From NCBI RefSeq assembly GCF_001194135.2, contig NC_068981.1:74628141-74689300 (forward strand): a DNA stretch of 61,160 bases, in the 5' to 3' direction. This DNA comes from Octopus bimaculoides. Its lineage: Eukaryota. This document shows, in pieces, positions 57,605-61,160 of the stretch. Each line of letters begins with the position of its first letter. Within the stretch, counting starts at the first letter, position 1. A program made the position numbers and the translations under genes. The notes beneath the pieces were generated by a model. It ran no database searches. It was not told the origin of the DNA and worked only from the letters and a program-made list of their open reading frames with translations.

Positions 57605-59849
57605 CATACACATATACATGCATATGTATATATATATATACACACACATATACACATACAAAGGGACCATGGAATTGGTTCCCGAAATGAAGAGTGAACC
57701 AGGCTATTGGAGTTCTGTGATGCAAGCAATCTTTTCATCTGCAATACTAACTTCAGGAAGCCAGACAGCCACCTGATAACCTATCAATCAGGTGACTCTG
57801 CTAGCCAGATTGATTTCATCCTCTCCAGACAGCGGGATGCAAGGTTGCTTTTAAATACAAAGAACCTCCCTGGTGAACAATGTACCCCACAACATAGACT
57901 AGTCATTCGTGACTTTAGACCAGAAGGTTGCCAAGACCAATCCAGAAAAGAAGGAATTGGAAGCTAAAGAACCCTTCACATGGTCAGAGATTTAGGGACA
58001 TCTTCATTGAGAAATTTGATGCGACAGAGGAGGAGCTACAGACTTGGGACATAGAGGGTAACTGGAAATTCCTACAGGACAGCTTACTGAGCGCCACATA
58101 CCAAATCTGTGGCTGATACAAAGTCCCTTCCAGAACTATGGTAACATGATGGTGGAATAATACGGTGGACAACACCATGGGTTGCTTCTTTTTTAATTTT
58201 TCATGCATACAATCAATTTCCTGACAACAGGATGTTGCTGTTACAGCTTTTCCTTGTTGCAAAAATAATAAATACTGAATAACCCCCTTTGTTGACCACC
58301 ATACAGTGGCCATCAACTTTTTAGGGTGCAATGGTGGTTTTGGGTAGCGTTTTGTTGACTCTCCTGCATCTAACCACTGTCCAGTCCTCCTGCTGTTATC
58401 AAAGAGTACCCGTTTCTCATCACACAATGAGTCAATACAATAATGGTTCTCTTTCCAACTGAGAAATCAGCATGGAACACACTGTAAGGTGTCTTTTTCT
58501 TTGAATCTTAAGATGATAGGGAACAGACCTATCCATCTTTTTGACTTTTCCAGTTTTCTTCAAGTGTTGAGAAACACTGGTGGGAGATGTCTGGAGCTCT
58601 GATCTGATTTTTCAAACCGTTGTTCTTGGATTTCATTTAACCAAACTATTTAATTCATCATGCTGAATAACTGGTTTTGGTCTCCCTCTTGGTTCATTTT
58701 TAAGGCTTTCATTTCCTGAACAAAATCTTTGGAACCATCTCTGAACAGTTCTAATGTCAACAGAATTGTTACCAAAAGCCCGTTTGATGTTTTATAGAGC
58801 TTCGGTGGCAGAGTGACCCAACTTGTATTCATACAAGAAAATCACTCGGTATTGTTCAATTGTCAACATTGTCATAAGAGCTGTGGGTAGCAATTTTGAA
58901 TAATAGTATTGTCTTGAAAGAAAAAGAGTAAACACAAGCATATACATAGAAACTCATTAAAAATCCATTTATAGATGACTCATAAGAAACCCATTTAAAA
59001 TACGATATTTCATGTGAGACAACCTAATATATATATAGATATGTACACACACACATACACATACATACATTCACACGCGCAATGGGCTTATTTCAGTTTC
59101 TATCTACCAGATTCACCTCCAAGATTTAGGTTGGCCTGGGGCTATAGTAGAAGATAGTTCCCCAATATACTGTGTGATTGGAAAGCAAACATCTTAGCAC
59201 ACAGCCATGCTTGTACTTTGTATATGTACATTTATATACAGACACAAACATATGACAGGGTGCTGAATAGTTCTTAGCTTTGGGCAAAAGAAAATACAGG
59301 AAGATCAGTTAATTATGATTTTGTTCACCATATTCCTCTCACAGAATCATACACTTGTTGCAGCGGTCCTTCAGTTTAACCAAACTATTCAATTCATCAT
59401 GCTGAATAACTGGTTTTGGTCTCCCTCTTGGATCATTTTTAAGGCTTTTATTTCCTGAACGAAATCTTTGGAACCATCTCTGAACAGTTCTAATGTCAAC
59501 AGAATTGTAACCAAAAGCCCGCTTGATGTTTCATAGAGCTGTAAAAGCCCTGTAAAAGAGCTCAAACGGTTGGACCACCAACAAGGCCTTTCGCATATAC
59601 ATTTATATATAGACAAATTCACACATGCACATGTTTGTATATACACACACACATATCACATCATCATCGTTTCATTACTGTCAACATAACCATTGTTCTA
59701 ATTTACAATCTTTATTTTTACTCCATCACTACAGGAAACAGATAAGTTGATGTCAGACATTTTCAAGGCTAATTCAAAAGCTAAGGAAGCTGTAGAAAAA
59801 GGTGAAGCTATTCTGAAAGAAGCTCAAGAAACCCTTCAAACTCTCAGGG
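19582..59849 (+). CDS. LAMC1: Laminin subunit gamma-1 ortholog, partial multi-exon gene (20 exons in window; both termini outside window)
   Basis: Manually spliced exons with AG/GT boundaries and matching phases give a continuous protein colinear with vertebrate laminin gamma-1: LE repeats, L4 domain, LE repeats with [14 protein letters not shown], then heptad coiled coil. Confidence 0.96.
19801..20012 (+). mobile_element. Short tRNA-derived SINE (aaggcg-head family)
   Basis: aaggcgctgaactgggagaatcgttagc..gaggtcaactttgcctttc..gataaaataagtacca; reversed copies at about 27575-27730 and 40591-40810. Confidence 0.78.
21901..22102. repeat. (ATT)n microsatellite split by a LINE tail
   Basis: (ATT)n on both sides of 21939-22036. 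Confidence 0.9.
23778..23966 (+). CDS. LAMC1: Laminin gamma exon (second LE repeat)
   Basis: ttttag|AG TGT AAC = (Q)[62 protein letters not shown]; donor G|gtaagt; 189 nt. Confidence 0.96.
24289..24558. mobile_element. Old, decayed palindromic element of about 270 bp with hammerhead remnants
   Basis: attaatctaagtatacagaattatagatccatttcacctaatctt pairs with aagattagctgaaatggatctacaatactgtatactttgattaat. Inner IR carries tcttcag (24405-11) and ttgaaga (24450-56); caaaac-tgatt-gtc at 24500-13. Confidence 0.7.
25159..25244 (-). ncRNA. Type I hammerhead motif (left-arm copy; 3' strand of helix I in gap)
   Basis: Reverse complement: gattcc CTGAAGA t gaatatatgtg...cacatatattt t GAAAC atgt GTA g; 11-bp helix II. 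Confidence 0.6.
25371..25461 (+). ncRNA. Type I hammerhead motif with extended helix II
   Basis: gattcc/ggaatt helix I; CUGAAGA 25377-83; helix II gaatatatg/catatattt behind a U-U; GAAAC 25444-48; loop atgt; GUA 25453-55. Confidence 0.65.
26290..26700. repeat. Decayed minisatellite, unit about 90 bp, 4-5 copies
   Basis: Recurrent ggcctaccattcaaccagt..., attgaaatca(a/g)tt and accaggtgatga motifs. Confidence 0.6.
26702..27037 (+). mobile_element. tRNA-derived CORE-like SINE (8521 family) with 14-bp TSD
   Basis: TSD tatgttaggt(c/t)tat at 26688-701 and 27038-51. Confidence 0.85.
27172..27289 (+). CDS. LAMC1: Laminin gamma exon (third LE repeat)
   Basis: ctttctag|GT TCT = [39 protein letters not shown](R); donor AG|gtaatt; 118 nt. 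Confidence 0.95.
27310..28560. repeat. Degenerate TGTC-rich tandem region
   Basis: Recurrent tgtctgtctg, tagtgacatc and atatctg motifs; interrupted by a SINE piece at about 27575-27730. Confidence 0.6.
29094..29201 (+). CDS. LAMC1: Laminin gamma exon (fourth LE repeat)
   Basis: cattctag|A CCC TGT = [35 protein letters not shown](R); donor AG|gtaatg; 108 nt. Confidence 0.95.
30628..30764 (+). CDS. LAMC1: Laminin gamma exon (end of LE4, start of split LE5 and L4)
   Basis: aaaag|G TGT AAA = [45 protein letters not shown]; donor G|gttggt; 137 nt. Confidence 0.92.
30845..31033 (-). mobile_element. TTAA-flanked MITE, partial (same family)
   Basis: aagcattacatttgacagaataatctgaatgctaaaaggttaa is the reverse complement of the family 5' end. 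Confidence 0.7.
31169..31497 (+). mobile_element. tRNA-derived SINE: CORE-like middle plus 3' half shared with 4348-4733
   Basis: ttcaaagggccaaccttgtcacc..gtgtctgtggagtgcttggccacttgcac..gatcaactggaaccc shared. Confidence 0.75.
31807..31969. mobile_element. hAT-type MITE, decayed
   Basis: cagtcataagcaaact / agtttgcacatacttg TIR-like ends with internal ggcc(c)ac motifs. Confidence 0.5.
32081..32203 (+). CDS. LAMC1: Laminin gamma exon (L4 domain)
   Basis: ttaaag|GA AGA = [41 protein letters not shown]; W and YFIAP match the gamma-1 L4 domain; donor G|gtaggc; 123 nt. Confidence 0.9.
32773..32878. repeat. Long (CA)n microsatellite
   Basis: Direct reading. Confidence 0.97.
33095..33400 (+). CDS. 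LAMC1: Laminin gamma exon (L4 domain core)
   Basis: ttttacag|AG CGC = [19 protein letters not shown]...[17 protein letters not shown]...[17 protein letters not shown]; donor G|gtatta; 306 nt. Confidence 0.95.
33405..34045. repeat. Polypyrimidine tract of about 640 nt with a 37-39-bp minisatellite
   Basis: gactcttgattctcctctttctttctctt repeated at 33520-33680; almost purine-free plus strand. Confidence 0.8.
34671..35670 (-). mobile_element. 5'-truncated RTE-type LINE (RT C-terminus, 3'UTR, GAT tail)
   Basis: [22 protein letters not shown] on minus strand; (ATC)n tail at 34671-85; same family as 60885-61160. Confidence 0.88.
35837..36058 (+). CDS. LAMC1: Laminin gamma exon (end of L4, LE repeats)
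   Basis: ccatag|GT ACT = [74 protein letters not shown]; donor G|gtaagt; 222 nt. Confidence 0.96.
36158..36193 (-). ncRNA. Decayed minimal hammerhead motif
   Basis: Minus strand: cttt ctgtcaa acagc attg gctc GAAAC atc aaag; core mutated relative to CUGACGA...GAAACGUC. Confidence 0.33.
37025..37452 (+). mobile_element. SINE with the same head but an RTE-like GAT tail
   Basis: Head gcaggcatggctgtgtggtaag..., body tgacaggaaagacatctggctgtagaaaatctg, (GAT)-like end; related copies near 17650-17895, 46047-46395 and 50230-50655. Confidence 0.72.
37528..37713 (+). CDS. LAMC1: Laminin gamma exon (LE repeats)
   Basis: ttttag|GT CGT = [62 protein letters not shown]; donor G|gtaagt; 186 nt. Confidence 0.96.
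38845..39180 (+). mobile_element. hAT (Charlie-like) MITE, decayed
   Basis: cagtagttttcagtcagggtcc left end, gggtcc/gggccc subterminal motifs, ggttga at right end. Confidence 0.45.
39317..39940 (+). mobile_element. Full SINE (same family) with a nested reversed piece of another SINE at about 39534-39688
   Basis: Head 39317-39470, inserted gacccccttcggtcatg...ccaagggaaaggc, tail to 39940. Confidence 0.82.
40090..40219 (+). CDS. LAMC1: Laminin gamma exon (LE repeat; first half of nidogen-binding module)
   Basis: catacag|GT GAT = [43 protein letters not shown](R); donor AG|gtaaga; 130 nt. Confidence 0.96.
40415..40527 (+). CDS. LAMC1: Laminin gamma exon (second half of nidogen-binding LE module)
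   Basis: aaacag|G ACC = [37 protein letters not shown]; donor G|gttagt; 113 nt. Confidence 0.96.
40591..40810 (-). mobile_element. Short tRNA-derived SINE (19801 family)
   Basis: tggtacttacgttattgatcctgaaaggatgaaaggcaaa..ctacctcaccgcctt. Confidence 0.78.
41218..41292 (+). CDS. LAMC1: Laminin gamma exon (LE repeat), 3' part lost in assembly gap
   Basis: atttcag|CC TGT = [25 protein letters not shown], then N-run from 41293. Confidence 0.92.
41824..41924 (-). ncRNA. Degenerate solo hammerhead motif
   Basis: Minus strand: tcac CTGAAGA...GAAAC agtt GTA gtga; helix I and III intact, helix II poor. Confidence 0.4.
42106..42312 (+). mobile_element. Young RTE-LINE 3' tail with (GAT)n
   Basis: Near-identical to 51650-51827 and 21939-22036. 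Confidence 0.85.
42517..42669 (+). CDS. LAMC1: Laminin gamma exon (LE repeat)
   Basis: ctgcag|GT TGT = [51 protein letters not shown]; donor C|gtgagt; 153 nt. Confidence 0.96.
42793..42935. repeat. (CT)-rich minisatellite ctctctctgtctctc
   Basis: Direct reading. Confidence 0.9.
43024..43808 (-). mobile_element. Penelope-like element RT fragment (RT C-half, thumb, Cys-rich linker), decayed
   Basis: [24 protein letters not shown] (from RYIDD), [26 protein letters not shown], then ..RG...ALARA and [11 protein letters not shown] in the continuing frame with stops. Confidence 0.85.
43809..43996. mobile_element. Tc1/mariner-type MITE (same family), abutting the Penelope fragment
   Basis: Decayed left TIR gggttactggaaatgttcttggctt, right TIR aaagccaggaacttttcagtactctctcg-TA; body matches 52236-52462. 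Confidence 0.78.
44481..44613 (-). ncRNA. Solo hammerhead motif with long loop II, CpG-decayed
   Basis: Minus strand: gacc CTGAAGA gatggagtatccag...ctggataccctatt GAAA tgtgc ATA ggtt; 14-bp helix II with one mismatch. Confidence 0.55.
45022..45159 (+). CDS. LAMC1: Laminin gamma exon (last LE repeat)
   Basis: ttgcag|GT TGT = (R)[45 protein letters not shown]; donor G|gtgagt; 138 nt. Confidence 0.95.
   Translation, partial: VVSVIHLVPMTSNVMTKGPANVVPQLQVTDVTGVEKTNITSLLVV
47425..47523 (-). ncRNA. Type I hammerhead ribozyme, complete
   Basis: Minus strand: catgct-ttcc CTGATGA gaaggttacaa...ttgtaatccttt GAAAC atat GTA ggaa-taa-agtatg. Bulged helix I, 11-bp helix II, palindromic acatatgt helix III, AATAAA overlapping the 3' strand of helix I. 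Confidence 0.75.
47426..47709. mobile_element. Young palindromic element (at least 137-bp arms, centre agatct 47570-75) with a hammerhead in each arm
   Basis: 47436-47572 is the reverse complement of 47573-47709 with 2 substitutions; right end runs into an N-gap. Confidence 0.88.
47622..47709 (+). ncRNA. Type I hammerhead motif (right-arm copy; 3' strand of helix I mostly in gap)
   Basis: CUGAUGA 47632-38; GAAA 47696-99; GUA 47705-07; then gg and N-gap. Confidence 0.7.
48093..48227. mobile_element. Small fold-back element (MITE-like)
   Basis: actagt at both ends; ctggtca/tgaccag, gtttcac/gtgaaac and an 18-bp inner stem 48130-47/48165-82. Confidence 0.6.
49119..49310 (+). CDS. LAMC1: Laminin gamma exon (CPPC motif, start of coiled coil)
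   Basis: cttcag|AT TGT = (D)[63 protein letters not shown]; donor A|gtaagc; 192 nt. Confidence 0.94.
49877..50105 (+). mobile_element. Headless SINE sharing its middle with 4348-4733 but with a different 3' half
   Basis: gaaaacacctaaagctccatgaggctccggcaggg shared; diverges after cctgtttc. Confidence 0.7.
50760..50972 (-). mobile_element. CORE-like SINE ending about 30 nt upstream of the 51003 acceptor
   Basis: gaagtgttttgcttaagaacacaatgc..ccactaagccatacatcc. Confidence 0.72.
51003..51312 (+). CDS. LAMC1: Laminin gamma exon (coiled coil)
   Basis: ttcccag|GA ACA = (R)[22 protein letters not shown]...[16 protein letters not shown](Q); donor CA|gtaagt; 310 nt; heptad character. Confidence 0.92.
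51440..51827 (+). mobile_element. RTE-LINE 3'UTR fragment with (GAT)n tail
   Basis: ggcacgtaaaagcacccactacac..gcatggaaagcggatgttaaacgacgatgatgat; shorter tails at about 2910-3027, 21340-21520, 21939-22036, 37830-37976, 42106-42312, 43998-44125 and 48705-48905. Confidence 0.82.
51936..52073 (+). CDS. LAMC1: Laminin gamma exon (coiled coil)
   Basis: tttttag|A CAG ATG = [45 protein letters not shown](M); donor AT|gtgagt; 138 nt. Confidence 0.9.
52236..52462. mobile_element. Tc1/mariner-type MITE
   Basis: TIRs tgaaggggtgctgaaaagttcctggcttt and aaagccaagaacttttcagtaccccttcg; left flank TA. Confidence 0.85.
52959..53202 (+). mobile_element. TTAA-flanked MITE (same family) with locally reiterated 5' end
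   Basis: ttaacattcagatt reiterated, then family body, ending aatactaaaatgttaa. Confidence 0.72.
53829..54006 (+). CDS. LAMC1: Laminin gamma exon (coiled coil)
   Basis: attcag|G AAT = [59 protein letters not shown]; donor GAG|gtgatt; 178 nt. Confidence 0.9.
54766..55568. mobile_element. 5'-inverted RTE-clade LINE fragment (minus 54766-55178, plus 55179-55568)
   Basis: Minus: [43 protein letters not shown] (one frameshift). Plus: [35 protein letters not shown]. The two parts are contiguous in RTE ORF order. Confidence 0.88.
56592..56714 (+). CDS. LAMC1: Laminin gamma exon (coiled coil)
   Basis: ccttag|GCT = [41 protein letters not shown]; donor CAG|gtatga; 123 nt, phase 0 to 0. Confidence 0.9.
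57664..58163 (+). mobile_element. RTE-type LINE fragment, APE endonuclease C-terminus and linker
   Basis: [61 protein letters not shown], with stops and frameshifts. Confidence 0.88.
58164..59027 (-). mobile_element. Decayed mariner transposon (5' TIR plus transposase N-half, 3'-truncated)
   Basis: TIR ttaggttgtctcac next to TA (59028-29); HTH region [13 protein letters not shown]; [22 protein letters not shown] (mariner GDEKW and HPKK-WW motifs); stops and frameshifts. Confidence 0.9.
59251..59598. mobile_element. Mariner-type MITE carrying a 166-bp insert copied from the nearby mariner
   Basis: Left TIR gggtgctgaatagttcttagcttt and family body, interrupted at 59375-59540 by a copy of 58636-58801. 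Confidence 0.78.
59735..59849 (+). CDS. LAMC1: Laminin gamma exon (coiled coil); gene continues beyond window
   Basis: ctacag|GAA = [38 protein letters not shown], aligning with vertebrate TADQLLARADAAK...EANDILNNLK; donor G|gtaggt; 115 nt. Confidence 0.92.
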
Positions 59850-60139
59850 GTAGGTGGTCATTTTCTTCTTTCTTGATTTCAATTTTTGTCTTAATTTCTT
59901 TAAAATGTGAAGCAAAATAAGAAAAAGAAAAAAATAATAACATAGTCCTCTTTAAAAAATGTTAAAATTTACTTATTTTGGTAGTGTGGTTAAGACTTAC
60001 ATTTCTCGTCTACCCAGTCAGATTTCAGCCCCACTGCATGGCACCTAGGGCAAGTGTCTTCTACTTTAGCACCAGTTTGACCAGTGTCTTGTGATTAAAT
60101 ATGATAGACAGAAACTTAAAGAAGGCTGTCAGATATAGC

Positions 60140-60535
60140 TTATATCTTTTACTTGTTTTAGTCATTTGGCTATGGCCATGCTGGGGCACCACCTTGAAGG
60201 ATTTTAGTCAAACGAATTAGTCCCAAAATAATTTTTTTTAAGCCTAGTGTTTATTTTATTGGTGTCTTTTGCTGAACAGCTAAGTTATGGGGATGTAAAC
60301 ACACCAACACCAGTTGTCAAATGGTGGTTGGGGACAAACACAAAGATGCACACACATAGATACACAACGCACACGCACATGATGGACTTCTCTCAGTTTC
60401 TGTCTACCAAATCCACTCACAAGGCTTTGGTTGATCCGAGGCTATAGTAGAAGATATTTGCCCAAGGTGCTACGTAATGGGACCAAACCTAGAACCATGT
60501 TGTTGGGAAGCAAGTTTCTAACTACACAGCCACAT
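60140..60535 (-). mobile_element. Full SINE (same family)
   Basis: Reverse complement head and tail with internal (CA)-rich tract. Confidence 0.82.
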
Positions 60536-60884
60536 ATATATATAAATATATAATAATATTAGGGACAAAATCCAAAATTCCAGGTAAAAACTCAATTAAA
60601 AAAACACTATATGTGATAGTAGATTTTCATTGATGAGTTCATGAAACTTGGTTCTTTTCCCTAAAACTATATATTTATATATAAATATATATATATAAAA
60701 TTAACTGTAGAACTAGAAGTAGATAAGGCTGTTGATAAGGCATGTAAATGTTAGGTTAAAAACCTTTTTGGTAGAAACAATTGATTGTTGCTTGTGAGAC
60801 TTCTGTCATGTTTACAGCATATGTGGGTTTGTGTCCCACAGGCAGCCTTTGTCATTTTAAATATATATATACATACATATACAT

Positions 60885-61160
60885 AAGAATAGCCTGGGCA
60901 AAGTTTAGAGAGCTCTTACCCCTGCTGGCGACAAAGGGACTCTCACTCAGAGTAAAAGGCAGACTGTATGACGCATGCGTACGAACAGCCATGCTACATG
61001 GCAGTGAAACATGGGCTGTAACTGCTGAGGACATACGTAAGCTCGCAAGGAATGAAGCCAGTATGCTCCGTTGGATGTGTAATGTCAATGTGAATACCCG
61101 TCAGAGTGTAAGTATCTTGAGAGAAAAGCTGAACATTAGAAGCATCAGTTGTGGTGTGCA
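60885..61160 (+). mobile_element. 5'-truncated RTE-type LINE, RT C-terminal region, continues past window
   Basis: Open frame [67 protein letters not shown]; begins in a TA/CA microsatellite. Confidence 0.92.

Noticed and set aside
60625-60660. ttgatga-gttcat-gaaac motif
   Set aside because: Core mutated, helix II too short, no helix I partner.
686-61088. Most ORFs in the supplied track ([16 protein letters not shown], poly-X and SINE-derived ORFs)
   Set aside because: Translations of microsatellites, N-gaps and SINE/LINE UTRs; no domain signal or splice context.
57664-61160. EN fragment (57664) and RT fragment (60885) as one interrupted LINE
   Set aside because: A laminin exon and its splice signals lie between them; independent insertions are simpler.

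Overview
AT-rich, microsatellite-dense animal DNA with eight N-gaps, typical of a short-read scaffold. The SINE, RTE-LINE and MITE families point to an octopus (inference). One protein-coding gene is supported: a + strand laminin gamma-1 ortholog (LAMC1/LanB2-like). I traced 20 GT-AG exons from 19582 to 59849 (about 3.2 kb of coding sequence) with consistent phases. They encode LE/EGF repeats, the L4 domain, the nidogen-binding LE module, the CPPC motif and the first part of the coiled coil. One exon is cut by an assembly gap. The LN-domain exons appear to lie upstream of the window and the C-terminal exons downstream. The rest is intron filled with tRNA-derived SINEs, RTE-type LINE fragments, a decayed mariner, mariner-, piggyBac- and hAT-type MITEs, a Helentron/HINE-like element and a Penelope-like RT fragment. 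The most interesting signal is a set of type I hammerhead ribozyme (HHR) motifs in the introns. (i) A tandem dimer with a unit of about 341-343 nt carries one HHR per unit, matching non-LTR retrozyme architecture (7419-8103). (ii) Three palindromes of about 270-300 bp and different ages carry an outward-facing HHR or HHR remnant in each arm (24289-24558, 25159-25464, 47426-47709). (iii) Several solo decayed HHRs occur elsewhere. All ribozyme calls come from manual motif and base-pair reading and are untested.
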